A DNA stretch of 64,000 nt from the human T2T-CHM13v2.0 reference genome, Homo sapiens: the NCBI RefSeq assembly GCF_009914755.1, contig NC_060944.1; one strand, 5' to 3'. Under the pieces are notes generated by a model, which worked only from the letters and a program-made list of their open reading frames with translations, ran no database searches and had not been told where the DNA came from. Shown here one piece after another: positions 35,655 through 48,275 of this stretch. Numbering within the stretch: position 1 is the stretch's first letter; the number at the start of each line of letters is the position of its first letter. A program made the translations under genes and the position numbers.

Positions 35655-36967
35655 GTACTGGCTGGAGACCACGCGAAGTTGAGCTGCTCCTAGAATGGCC
35701 ATACGTCCCCACTGTTGTCCTTGGCTATAGCTTAGGCAACAGCCCTCGTAGAACATTGTTCTCCAGAGAGCTGGGCCCGTGCTCTAAGCGCTGCCATGCT
35801 GTGCTGCCTGGCTGGGTTGAAGTGTTTGCTGGGGCACTTTTCTCTACTGTCTCTTTCCAAGTCTGGCACGGCTGATAAGTGAAGGTACTTAACGATGTTC
35901 ATCTCCCTGGCACACCTACCCCCCTCCCAGGGCGTCTTTGTGTTTCCCTGGGAACTTCTAGGCAGGAAAGTGCTCTCTGGAGGGGCAAGTGCCCAGTGGG
36001 GGGATTTTAGTGACCCTAAAAGGGTAGGAGGTAGGGTTGAGGGACTTTTCTGTGGCCGAAATCCTGCCACAGGGGGCCTCTTGGCCTAAGAGATGCTGAA
36101 GTCCCTGCATGTGTGCATGCCTGGGAGCTGGTCGGTGCTGATGCAGGCTCAGCATGCTGCAGCCTATGTGGGGCTCTTCCGCTGCTTCTTGAGGGGAGGT
36201 GGGCTTGGTGCCTTGCTCCAAGCCTCAGTTTCCCTCTGTTAAATGGGAAAAGTAATGGACCTACATCAGGGTTGTTTGGAGGGTGGGAGGAACTTAGCAG
36301 TGTCTGACGTGTAGAGTGACTATTATCAAAGGCAGTAGGGGCTTTGCGTAGTGGTGGTGGTTTTTATTTTAATTGAATAGACCAGGGCGCTTCCCAAGGA
36401 TAGGGGAGAAGGGAGGAAGGATAGAGGGGAGGAAAGCAGGAACTGGCCACAGACACCTGCAGATGCTTCACCAGCTTCTCCTCCTCCTGCCCACCTGGCA
36501 GAGTGATTCTTACGGAGCTTCACTGTTGACTTGGAATCCTGATGTCTCGTAAAATTTCAAGCTATAAGCGAGTCTCACACGGTTTGGGGGTGGGAAGGTG
36601 AACGCGTCTCTCCGTGAGTGTGGGAGGTTGGAAATCCAGGCCCCAGGACAGCCTGCTGGGCTTCTGCTTCAGAGCGGGTGGACACCTGGTCCTCCGTGCC
36701 CGGGACTTCCTTCTGCCACACAAGGGTGGCACCACACACTCGCAGGCCGCCCGTCCACAACGCCCCTGCAGCGCTAGCGGCACCTGCCCAGAGGCATGCT
36801 CAGCCCTCTTCGGGGGTGGCCGTGTCTCTCCAGTTTCACTTGGCTTGGAATTTGGGGTCTGAGAGTTGTGACTTCTGGAGGGTCCCAGCTCTCACGCAGA
36901 GGCCCCCTCCACACACACAGGTCTCTGTGTGCCCCAGGCATCTGACTTTGGGGCTGGCGTGGTTCTT

Positions 36968-37376
36968 TTTTTTTTTAATACTTTAAGTTCTAGGGTACAT
37001 GTGCACAACGTGCAGGTTTGTTACATATGTATACATGTGCCACGTTGGTGTGCTGCACCCATTAACTCGTCATTTACATTAGGTATATCTCCTAATGCTT
37101 TCCCTCCCCCTCCCCCCACCAAGCAATGGCAACAAAAGCCAAAATTGACAAATGGGATCTAAACTAAAGAGCTTCTTTGCAGCAAAAGAAACTCCCATTG
37201 GAGTGAACAGACAACCTACAGAATGGGGGAACATTTTTGCAATCTACTCATCTGACAAAGGGCTAATATCCAGAATCTACGAAGAATTCAAACAAATTGA
37301 TAAGAAAAAAACCCCACCACAAAGTGGGTGAAGGATATGAACAGACACTTCTCAAAAGAAGATATTTATGCAACCC
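36968..37376 (-). mobile_element. Primate L1PA (about L1PA3-5), 5'-truncated and 5'-inverted, with a 15-bp TSD
   Basis: Antisense 3' end (ctttaagttctagggtacatgtgcacaacgtgcaggtttg...) to 37120; sense ORF2 piece 37121-37376; TSD GCTGGC(G/A)TGGTTCTT at 36953-36967 and 37377-37391. Confidence 0.93.
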
Positions 37377-37957
37377 GCTGGCATGGTTCTTAAGGCTGAG
37401 CAGAGCCTGGCCTTCCTGCCGTGGTGTGGTCCCCACAGCCCAGCCCTTGTGTGTGGCCTGTGAGCCTCCCCAAGGGAGGCAGGGCTGCTGCTCCCAGCCC
37501 TTGATGGGGGTCACGCTTCTCCTTGGCAGTGATTTCTGTAGCTCAGCTCAGGGCCTGTGCCTGCTCCCCTCAGTGCCCTCTTCTGACCTCAGACACGCTC
37601 CCGCTCTCTCTCCAGATGCTGGGTGTGCGGATGGGTTCCTGAGAGCAGAGTGGGTCTGTTGAGATTACACATTTGTATCAGGGACCCTCTCCTGAGTGAG
37701 GCCTGAGGGAGGAGTGGGAATCAGCTGGGCAGAGAGCGAGGTGCAGAGCATCCCAGAAAGGGGAATGACATGCAAAGACAGGGGACAGGAACACACACGT
37801 TTTCTGTAAAGGGCCAGAGAGGAAGAGCATCAGCTCTGCAGGCTGGAGGTGTCTGACGCAGCCACTCGCCTCTGCCCCCTGGTAGCACAAAAGCAGCGTC
37901 GGTGGTGAAAGGGTGGGGCTCTTGTCGGTGGAACTTTAGTGATTAAAAACAATCCAG

Positions 37958-38276
37958 GGCCCGGTGAGGTGGGTCACACCTGTCATTCCAGCACTTTGGG
38001 AAGCCAAGACAGGAGAATCACTTGAACCTAGGAGTTCAAAGTCATCCTGGACAGCATAGCATGACGCCATTTCTACAAAAAAGTTTTGTTTTTTGTTTTT
38101 GGTTTTAATTAGCTGAGTGTGTGGGCACACACCTGTAGTCCTAGCTACTCACGAAGCTGAGGCGGGAGGATAGCCTGAGCCCGGGAGGTCAAGGCTGCAG
38201 TGAGCTGTGATCACACCACTGCACTCCAGTCTGGGCGACAGAGCCAGACCCTGCTTCAAAAAAAATTCAAAATAAA
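37958..38276 (+). mobile_element. AluJ
   Basis: ggcccggtgaggtgggtcacacctgtcattccagcactttgg...ggtcaaggctgcagtgagctgtgatcacaccactgcactccag. Confidence 0.9.
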
Positions 38277-39029
38277 CAGCCCACAGATTGGAGAGAGAGA
38301 AGAGACCTGGCAGGTTATCCCTGAGGGCAGCTGGAACCCCCCAGGGATGGAGAGTCGATGGGATTTGCCTTGTAGGAAGCGCTCTGCTGGTGACCCAGCA
38401 AGACCTGGGGGAGACTGGAGCGTGCATGGTTCCCTGGGGACTTGTCTCATTCCCAGCTTCCCCAGTGTGGGTCTTGTGCTCCTGGGATTTGTGAGATGAC
38501 TTCTTGTGAATGGCATGTGGACAGACAATGAGAAAACATTATTAATGTTCAATTAATAATGAAAATGTTTAAACATTAATAATGAAAATACTTTTCAGTA
38601 ATTAGGGCAAGTAGTATTGGCTTCTCATTTTGGGCAATGATAGAGATTTGCTTTTTCTTATAAACAGAGATAAAAATATAAATTCACTTAAAGTAAAATA
38701 TAGCAAACAAAAGTATAGAAAGTACAGAGGAATGTCCAAAATGTCTAAAGCAGGAGCCACAAGTCTGATTTAAGAAAGACCATTCCATTCCCTAGGGATG
38801 CAGCTGGCTTATTAGCAGTTAGTGACATTTGTCATCATGCTGGGGATAACAAGAGGTGACACAAGTGGCTGCCTGCATGCAGGGTTGGGGAGCGTGCTCT
38901 ACTAATGACTGCACATTCATTTAGCTTACTTAGCCCTGGAAGCAGCCCCCGGAGGTCTCACGCCCATGATGAAATGCTGGCACAAAAGTCGAATAACTGG
39001 TCCAAATGACTGGAAACAGAGGGCAATGT

Positions 39030-39250
39030 CTTTGACATCAGGCCGACCTGGGTTTGAGACACACGGCTGAACTCCTTACTGAGCTGTGGGACCATGGGCA
39101 AGTGACTTAACCTTTCTGATTATGTTTGATCAACTGTAAAATGAGGATAGTAGTCACACTGACCTCCCAGGGTCGCTAAAATTAAATTAAGTGATCCCCA
39201 GGAAAGACTTATCTCCCTCCTAACCCACACCGAGCACTTGGAAAGTGTCT
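39030..39250 (+). mobile_element. MIR SINE
   Basis: gagctgtgggaccatgggcaagtgacttaacctttctg...ctgtaaaatgaggatagtag. Confidence 0.75.
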
Positions 39251-40637
39251 GCTGCTGCTACTGTAGCATCACTGTTACTCTCACCATCATCGTTGTCATC
39301 GTCATTGTCATCTGTCGTCTTCATTGTCAAAAACAACCCTTGGAAAGGGACGCACTAACACGCATTATTTAGCTGCCTACAGATGCTCCCAGAGAGGCCA
39401 TCTCTCTGGTAGCACGTGTGTTTTGGGATGTGGGGCCACCTGCAGTTTGCTATGGCTGGGACAACCCCGAGGCCTCATCCAGCCCTGCAGGCCTGGGATC
39501 CTGCGCCAGGGACCCTGCGCCAGGGACATCGGTCACCTCCACAACACCAGGTCAATGTTCAGAAGCTTGGCCATGAGCAACATCCCTATAAACGGGGTAT
39601 AACTTAACACAGGGACATTAAATGCACTGGTTAAAAATTTGCAAGCCAATGTTTAAAAATCAGGAGTGTTCACAGAAATCCAGATGTGCAGTTTCTTTTC
39701 AGTCATCAAAGTTCAGGCCTCCGGATCCCTGTTCCCACACAGCCAGGGTCGCTGGAGCTGAACAGAGTCTGTCCCTGTAGATGGGTGTTGGAGTTTGCAA
39801 CCCTTTCCATGAAGGTTAAGAGCCTAGTCTTTGGAGCCAATCCCTGTGTTACTGACTTAATCTTCTGCTTTGGGCCCCAGTATTTTGTGATAGAAGGAGT
39901 TAAAGCTTGAGGCCACTGTGAGGCAACGTGGTCCTAGGTCTCCGGTTTCTACTGCAGAGCTCAGGGGGACCAGCTGTTAGATGCTGTGTGTCTGATGCTG
40001 TCTGTTCTCTTCCCACATTCTGCACCTCAGCACCCAAGGGAACTGCCCACATCTGGGCCCAGTCGCTCTGTGTTGTGGGTAATTCCATGACAGACAGATG
40101 TCATCTAATGGCAGACAAAGCCAGATCCTCAAGTGGCAAATGTGTCACGTGAGTGCTGGAACCTGGGACCTGCTTCTCTCCTTGACCTTGGACAAGTTCA
40201 GGGAAACCTCATGGGGGCCCAGAACATGGTGCCCCGTGGGTGATGGTCTACACCTGCAGGAGCCCCTGGGGTGTCTGCAGTGGTGCTCATTGCTGTCCTG
40301 AAAGGTCAGCTGCTTTCTCTTAAAAAGCAAACCTCCCATGAGCTTTGCTGGGGGTCGGGGAGAGGGGTCATCAAAAAGCACAAGGGGCTGTCCTGGGTCA
40401 CTCCTGGCATCCAGGTGGCAACATCCAGGACTGGAGTTGCAGCTTCCCCGTGCCCCAACCATGATGAGTGTGGGTGTCAGGGGATACATCTGAATATTGC
40501 AAATCTCTCAGGAGGAGGACACTGTCAATGATTTTGACCATTATTTTCCTTGAGCCTTTGGTTTGGTGATTTGGGTTGACTTTGGGCTTTTGTGTTTGGG
40601 GCGACTTTGCTTTTCCTGGTTTTGTTTGGATGGTGCC

Positions 40638-40998
40638 CGATATGGTTTGGCTGTGTCCGCACCCAAATCTCATCTTGAATTGTAGCTCCCATAATTCCCA
40701 CGTGTGGTGGGAGGGACCTGGTGGGAGATCATTGAATCATGGGGGTGGTTTCCCCAGTACTGTTCTCATGGTAGTGAATAAGCCTCATGAGATCTGATGG
40801 TTTTATAAGGGAAAACCCCTTTTGCTTCGTTCTCATTCTCTTTTGTCTGCCACCATGTAAGATGTGCGTTTCGCCTTCCGCCATGATTGTGAGGCCTCCC
40901 CAGCTATATGGAACTATGAGTCCATTAAACTTCTTTTTCTTTATAAATTACTCAGTCTCAGGTATGTCTTTATCAGCAGCATGAAAACGGACTAATAA
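40638..40998 (+). mobile_element. THE1 (THE1C-like) MaLR solo LTR
   Basis: GATATGGTTTGGCTGTGTCC...AAAACGGACTAATA; perfect 5-bp TSD GTGCC. Confidence 0.92.
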
Positions 40999-42664
40999 GT
41001 GCCACACCAGCAACAGAGCATTCCCTACAAAGCCCAGAAGGATCCGGTGTTTTGACACAAATGGGAACAGGGTCCTCTTCAGTGTTTCTACTATGGGACA
41101 GGGGCTGAGTTCTGGCCTTCCCACAAGTGCACTAATTAAAAAGGAGAGTGACACTCAGGGAGCGTGTTCTGTGTGCACTCTATTATCTTATAACAGCCTC
41201 ATATTTTTGGATGAGAAAACAGAGCCCAGAGAGGTTAAGTCAGTTTCCCAGGCCATAGAGCATAAAAACAGATCAAACCCAGTGGCAGGACTGGGTTTGA
41301 TCTTCACCATAACAGTCTACAGCCTAAACTCTAGAGCCAAACAGGAGACAAACATTTCTTCTGCTTCTGGAATGTTCTGGAATGTGAGTCTAGAACAAGG
41401 ACTGTCAAATTGCAGGCTTCAGGTCAGATACTGCCCATGTCTGTGTCTGCATGGCTGTGGAGCACTGCTCTAGTGGGCCGGTCCTGGGAGCCAGGGAGGG
41501 AGGGGTGCCTCCCTCCCTGTGCCCTGCTCCTGTCTTCCTAGCTGGTGGCTGCCCTTAACCACTGCCTGGGGCCTATGCTGGTCCCAGCTACCCCTGGGGC
41601 CTGGGCTCTGGGCAACTGCTGGGCACCGAGTGGAGGAACCTCATCTGGGAGTTGGTGAGCCACCTGGCCCACAGCCAGCTGCCCAAGCTGAGACCAAGGT
41701 TGTGCTGGGTGTACGGGGGTGGAGTACAAGTGACCATGGCTCACCACATCCATCCTTGGGCTGGCCACCCTTGAACTCCAGAATGTCTTCAGTGGGTGGT
41801 AACTGGCTGCAAAGTGTGTCCCCTGCCCTGGTAGCCCTCTTGAGGCAAGTGGCAGGGCAGAGTTTTTCCTCTTGTTTAAGTTCCTACATAATATTCTTGA
41901 TTTTGCCTCTTAGCCTGGAAAGACAAAAATGTTTACTATCTGCATCTGAACAGAAAAGGTTTATCAGCCCCTGCTCTGGAAAATAAGTGGGGATTACACA
42001 GAAGGGTGTCAGTGGAACATGCTCAGCAAAGAGGTACCAGTAAGTCATGAACTTGTGGCGCTGTGGTTGAGCTTCAGGTATTTCCATTCCTAGCCCTGAC
42101 CCCTGCGTTGGGGTTTGTACAGTGTAGAAGCTTCTGGTTGAGACTGCATTTGGTAAGAGGGAGCCTCTGCTGGTCCAGCCCCAAGGGAGCGGTCCCCCAA
42201 ATGCAGGGAACCAGTGTCTTCTTCCACTTTTTAAAAAATTGATTCAGCACTTGAGATGTTAACAGATGTTGCAATTTCAGTTTTGACAAGATTCCAAAAT
42301 ACAACGGTGGCTGCACACTCACGTGAGATGCAGAGGGCGGTGTCAGAGAGGAGAGGGAAGATGGGGAGGAGGGAGGGAGAGAGGAGATGCTGAAAACCGT
42401 CTCCTGTCCTTAGAGCCATCAGGCAGGCTAAGGATGTGAGGGTTCAGTGTGTGGTGAGGATGGATGTTTTGGGGGAGACTTTGGAGGAGGGTTTTGGTCA
42501 GCGTAGCTGGTGTGGTGAGTCTCATGGCCATCAGGGTGAAGGGTGGGGAACCCATAGTCCCACCTTGGGCAGGTGGAATGAGGGGACCTCAGAGACTTAC
42601 CCTTTACCCTGTGCCTTAAGGCAGTGGCACTATGACCATTGACTCAGTCCTGGGAAATCCAGAG

Positions 42665-42840
42665 CTCCCCTGTCCAGTGCAGTAGCCACTAGCCATGTGA
42701 CTGTTTGAAATAATTAAAATTTAAGCTTGTTTTTCACTCCAGCCGCTTGTCCAGTGTTCAGTGGTCATGAGGGTCTAGTGGCCACCATATGGACAAGGAA
42801 GAAATGTGTCCATCATCTCAGAAAGTGCTACTGGGTAGTA
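42665..42840. mobile_element. MER3 (hAT-Charlie)
   Basis: tgtccagtgcagtagccactagccatgtgact...ctagtggccaccatatggaca...ccatcatctcagaaagtgctactgg. Confidence 0.75.
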
Positions 42841-43292
42841 CCGAGGGTCAGGGTGACTGCACATCTACTTTGCTGTGAAACAAGGGCAGATGTAGTTTGG
42901 ATTGGCTAGCCTTCCAGAGTTCTCCATACTAACAGAGACTGTAATAGCAACAGAGGCCACATGGCCCAAGCTGGAAATATTTTCTACCTGGCCCTCTGCA
43001 GAAAAGGCCTGCCAAACCCTGGTTTGGAGAATGGGTTTCCACTGGGGTGGGAAGCATTGCCAGGAGCTGGGAGGCTGGTGAGGAGGCCCAGGCAGAAGTT
43101 CTGACAGCTCACACTGGGAAACACGTGGGTATTTCTGAGAAATATTTTCGAAGTAGAGTTCGTGAGACTTGCCTGTGAATTAGATACAAGGGGTGGGTAC
43201 AGGGTGGAGAGGACAAGAGAAGGATGGCGTGGGGCATCTGGTCTGGCTGGACAGCTGGTGGGTCATGGAACACTGAACCTGGTGAAAGTAGG

Positions 43293-43676
43293 TGATATGG
43301 TTTCGCTGTGTCCCCACCCAAAATCTCATCTTGAATTATAATCCCCACAATCCCCATAATCTCCACGTGTCAAGGGAGAGGCCAGGTGGAGGCAATTGAA
43401 TCACAGGGGGGCAGTTTCCTCCATGCTATTCTCACAATAGTGAGTTCTCACAAGATCTGATGGTTTTATAAGAGACTCTTCCCCCTTCACTTGGTACATG
43501 TCCTTCCTGCCGCCTTGTGAAGAAGGTGCTTACTTCTCCTTTGCCTTCTGCCATGATTGTAAGTTTCCTGAGGCCTCCCCAGCCATGCTGAACTGTGAGC
43601 CAATTAAACCTCTTTTCTTTATAAGTTACTCAGTCTTGGGCAGTTATTTTTAGCAGTGTAAGAAGAGACTAATACA
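43293..43676 (+). mobile_element. THE1 (THE1D-like) MaLR solo LTR
   Basis: TGATATGGTTTCGCTGTGTCCCCACCCAAAATCTC...GACTAATACA; perfect TSD GTAGG. Confidence 0.92.
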
Positions 43677-44505
43677 GTAGGGATCTGTCTGGATTAGTGC
43701 CATGTCCACAGCTTCTAGAATAGTGCCTGGAACCCATGGTTGTTCAATAACATTTGCAAGATGGGTTGATGGTTGAATGAGCAAGAGGGAAGGGAAGGCT
43801 CAGGAGAATTTTTTGTGGGGACCAAGATTCAAGTTTGGATGTGATTGGCCTCCAGATGGAGATGCCAGTGTGGCCAACTGGTAACATATGAGTCTGGAGC
43901 TCAGAGAAATGGTCCAGGGTTAACAGAGAAATGGAATCAGTTCTGAAGCCAAAGGAGTGGATGAGAATGACCTGTGAGAAGGTTAGACAGGGAAGAGGAC
44001 CTAGGCCTTCATCCTGGGGCAGCCCAGGTGGACATTCAGATGCAGGAGGTGGGACCTGCCAGAGAGGCTGAGCAGAGGTGGCCAGAGCTCCAGGGGAGAA
44101 CCAGGAGAGTATGTGTCGGGAAGCCAGAGGGGAAAGTGTTAAAGATGGTGGATGGCTGAGTGGGGTGGCCCTGGCTCAGTGAGGGGGCCAGGCCTTGCTG
44201 GGTGGAGATGCAGTGTTAAAGGTCATCTTTCATAAGTTTATTTTTCAAAGGAGCAGATAATTGTAACTAAGCTGGGAGTATACATGAGGTCAAGACTGTT
44301 TGGTTTGGTTTTGGGTAGAATATTTTAGATCTTGTTGGGATCCTGAAAAGAAGGATAAGTCAGTGATGCAGGCCAAGCGGGACAACCTGTCAATAGCTCA
44401 GAGGGATGTGGAACTGGCCCAAGTCAGTGCTTATCTAGTGAAGTCTTATGTGGAGATCAGACATAGAAGATAGATCCAGATGATTGGCTGGGGCTGACCC
44501 AGAAG

Positions 44506-44619
44506 TGAGGACACTGACCCCAGGCTGCCCTTCCTCCCTGGTATGAGGACACTGACCCCAGGCTGCCCTTCCTCCCTGGTATGAGGACACTGACCCCAGG
44601 CTGCCCTTCCTCCCTGGTA
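44506..44619. repeat. Perfect 38-bp tandem x3 (TGAGGACACTGACCCCAGGCTGCCCTTCCTCCCTGGTA)
   Basis: Units at 44506, 44544 and 44582 are identical. Confidence 0.96.
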
Positions 44620-47472
44620 ATGCTTCCTTTGGTGGCACCTCTGAGCAGACCCTTGGAGCCTGGTTCAGACGCTGGCCACATTGTCCTGGAGGAGATGAGT
44701 CAGAGGAGTGCTGAGTAGCTCTAGACAAACCTTCCCCACCATGGTTTCATGTTGGCCTTTCCATACTTGTAGTGGGCAGGTTCGGGTATTTTATACAGAT
44801 TATTGTACAGATGAGGAGACTGAGACTCACTAAGCAAGGTGGAGGCCAAAGTCACTCGTCTGTAAATAGGTCAAACGTATGGAGGAAGGGGGCGGATGCT
44901 GGATACTGGTGTAATTGAGGCCGGGTGAGCCAGTTCCGTGACATCTCTGTCTCCCAAAAGCAGGACTTTGGAAATGTGCTGGGTGACCAGTACCCTGAGA
45001 GCGTAACCCATTCACAAAGAAGCGTTCAGGAACAAGAAGTCCTGTAAACCCAAACAATCAAAGCAGGGTGTGGATGCAAGGACCATATTAAAGGACTTCA
45101 GAATAATAGATGTGTGAATATCTGAAAAGGGGTGGGACCCCCCCAGGAAGAAACTTCCTAGAAGAAAACTAGGCCTGGGCTGGCTACTGAGAGCTCACCC
45201 CATGCCTGGTGGTCTTGGCCAGGAACTTGGCTGCCGAGGAAATGGGCTGTGAAGTGTGGTGTCCCAAGAATGAGGGTGTCCACTTGCCTGTGCTGATTTA
45301 CACAAGACAGGAAACTCCACAAAGTTATAACTGGAACCTACATAGAGAAAATGGGCATTTCTGTGCTTACCTGTGGCTTAACAAGGACACCTCACAACTA
45401 TTTTTACCTAGAAAGCATAAAATATTTACTTTGATGTTGTTATCAGGGCAAAACTTACTAAGTGAAACAACTAATCAGAGTTGTAGACTCTTAGACATTA
45501 TAGGTTACAAGTCAGATGACATAATGACAGTCTCAAAGCATAGGAGTCTTAAACCCTTTTTAACAAGTAACACTTTTGAGGACAGTTTAATGTAACAAGA
45601 AAAATAAAATGAAAACAGCATTTTCATGTGGGTATCCATGCAGAACAAGAGTATAGAGCCAGTTGTAATGGTTGTTCTCAGTTCAGGCCAACTTCATAAC
45701 ACAGAGCTGAGTCTGCCGTCTGCAGCTGGAGTATGTGTTGTTGAGGGAGAACAACACATACTCCATCTCTGCTTTCAGAGATTTTGTTCTCCAGGCATTA
45801 GGAGGGCTGGCCTTTCTGAGATAAGGACTCCATTGTCATGAACTTAACATAAGAAAGGGCTGGGAATGAGAGTTTAAAACTTCCAACATAGCCAATAAAG
45901 GAACGGAAACTAATGATAGCTAATGGGATACAAGGAGCGTGCAATATTTGCATCTGGTGTTTAGCTGGAGGCTCTCTGCAGGCAGGAATTAGGCCTGTTG
46001 TAACACCCCCTCCCTGACCACTGTGTTTTCAGCACCATGGACAGCACCCAACAGCTCTTGGGTACCTCCAGAAACAGCAGCTGATAGATGAATGAACCCC
46101 ATAGGAGCTAACACAGTGACCCAAGGACAAGCCCCAGCTCCACTAGGCTTTTCCCTTAGACATACAGTGGGGAGAGTGTTCGTGTGTTCTTCATTGGGTA
46201 GTTGTAAAAACTGAATAAGATGATGTATGCCAGGTGCCTTCCACAGGCCTTAGCACTCAAGAGTGTGCTGAGAGGGCAGGAAGTGAGGGAGTGCTGGTCC
46301 CAGGGAGACCATCTCTCTTGGATCAGAGGGAAGGAAGAATAGAGATGCTGGGGACAGCAGTTTGCATTTGAGTCAGAAATCCAAGAGGAGCCCCGGTCTG
46401 ATGACCTCAGTTTCCCCTGTAAAGCTGGAGGTGAAGCTGTGTGGTGGGAGCAGGCAAAGGTGGGAAGCTGGAGGTGGGGAAGGGACAGAAAGGGCTTGAG
46501 CAGTCATGCAGAGCACCTGCAGGAGGAAGCTCCTGGCCACGGGTCCTGCAGAGTGACAGTTCTTCCTGAAGTGGACTCCGTAGGCTCTTCCTCCTGCAAT
46601 AGTAGGCAAGGGCAGGAGCAGACAAGTGGCAGCTTAATCCCCAGATGAAACTTTTCCAGAGAGTTAAATGGAAAGGAATCCAGGCAAAGGACTTAGGGAC
46701 TGTTGGTCCGATTGTTGTTGAAATAATGGATGATGGAACCCAAGCCAGGCAAAAAGAGAAATAAGAAAGGGAAGGATTGATAGGTTGAGGGAAAGCTGGG
46801 GATGGGCAGGCTGAGGGGTGGTTGTGAAGGAGGTGGATGGAGCCTGAATCAGCAGCTAGAAAGGGAGGGATGAGGGTTCTGGGTGGCCTGACCCTTCCTC
46901 CAAGTCGATCCTTCCTATCCTCACTCCCACTCTAGGCTGGCATGCCAGATGTTAGGGCTGCTGCAAACAGACAAATAAGAATGAGAGCTGCTGGACTGGA
47001 GGGTTACACTGTGTCATGGCCACTTCTTGCTTAAACTGAGAAACAATCCTGTGAGGGACTATTGTTAACACAATGCCATGCATGAGTAAATGGAGTTTTG
47101 GAGAGATTTAGTAACTTAAGGTCCAAGAGTAAATTCAGAGACCACTTGAGCCTGGGTGTGTCTGACTCCAAAACCTGGCATGGTGAACACTGCTCCTAGG
47201 TGAGGTGGGAGCTGTGGCATGGACCTCTCATGTGGAAAAAAGAATGGAATCCCTCATACTATTGAAATGACTTCCCTCTCTCCATATTCCTCTCTCTGCT
47301 TCCGATGGTTCTATTGAGAGTTGAACTTGCAGGAAGTCAAGTGCCTGTGTGAGGTCACTGCACTGTATGCTCTTCACGATCCCATCCCACCAAACCCTCT
47401 TGCTTTGCTCTCTTACTTCCACTGCTGTCAGAGGAAACATGTTTTTAACTCTCTGCTTTGCCTTTGAACCAG

Positions 47473-47682
47473 CCAAGATGCCTTCTGCATCCAGTGGTGA
47501 AGAAGCAGACGCTGGCAGCCTCCTGCCCACCACCAATGAGCTCTCCCAAGCCTTAGCTGGGGCTGACTCCCTGGACAGTCCTCCCAGACCTCTGGAGAGA
47601 TCCGTGGGCCAGCTCCCCAGCCCCCCACTGCTGCCCACTCCGCCACCCAAGGCAAGCTCCAAAACCACAAAAAATGTCACAG
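47473..47682 (+). CDS. PHACTR3: PHACTR3 coding exon 5 (210 nt, phase 1-1): (A)KMPSASSGEEADAGSLLPTTNELSQALAGADSLDSPPRPLERSVGQLPSPPLLPTPPPKASSKTTKNVT, proline-rich; likely cassette exon
   Basis: Acceptor ctctgctttgcctttgaaccAG at 47471-72, donor ACAG|GTGGGT at 47683; open frame. Confidence 0.95.
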
Positions 47683-47726
47683 GTGGGTCCACATGCATCC
47701 TGCCCATTCTATTTCCTTTCTCTGCC

Positions 47727-47850
47727 CCATCCATCCATCTATCCTACATTCATCCACCCATCCATCATCTATCTATTTATTCACCCATTCACTCATCCAT
47801 CCATCCATACCTTCAACCAGTCTTGATTGGGCACCAACTATGGGCTGGTT
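47727..47850 (-). repeat. (TCCA/TCAT)n simple repeat forming the tail of an antisense L2
   Basis: ccatccatccat...cattcactcatccatccatccat followed by the L2 tail motif ttcaaccagtcttgattgggcaccaactatg. Confidence 0.8.
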
Positions 47851-48062
47851 CTCATCATTAGCTTCTGTGACTGGGGCTCAGGGCAGGCCCAGAGGAGTAG
47901 ATCTTACCAAGGAAACTGTGGTTGGCAGGAGTAGACTGCCTAGGCTCCCTCAAGCAAACAGGGGAGTCTCTTTGCAGGAGTCAAAGGGGGGATCTTCCAG
48001 GACCTGAATGCAAGAGGTGCAGCCAGTTCCCAGGATGGGGCTTGGCTTTAGCTTGGCTTGGC

Positions 48063-48275
48063 TTTTCTTTTTCTTTTTTCTTTTCCTTTCCATTCTGTTC
48101 CTTTCCATTCCATTCCATTCCTTTCCTTTCCATTCCTTTCTGTTCCATTCCATTCTGTTCTGTTCCATTCCATTCTTTCTGGATGCTCATGTGTCTGTCT
48201 TTCTCTTTGTGCTTCTCTCTGAGTCTCAGTCTCTTTCAGTCAGTCTCTCTCCCTTCCTCCCTCCCTCTCTCTGCT
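48063..48275. repeat. (TTCCA/TTCTG/TTCCT)n pentamer repeat followed by CT-rich low complexity
   Basis: Direct reading. Confidence 0.9.

Noticed and set aside
37121-37376. L1 ORF2-like peptide as a functional gene
   Set aside because: Short, frameshifted, inverted fragment of a dead insertion.
44506-44619. CRISPR-like appearance of the 38-bp repeats (also the 45-bp and 24-bp palindromic repeats)
   Set aside because: Head-to-tail units without unique spacers, no cas genes, mammalian intron.
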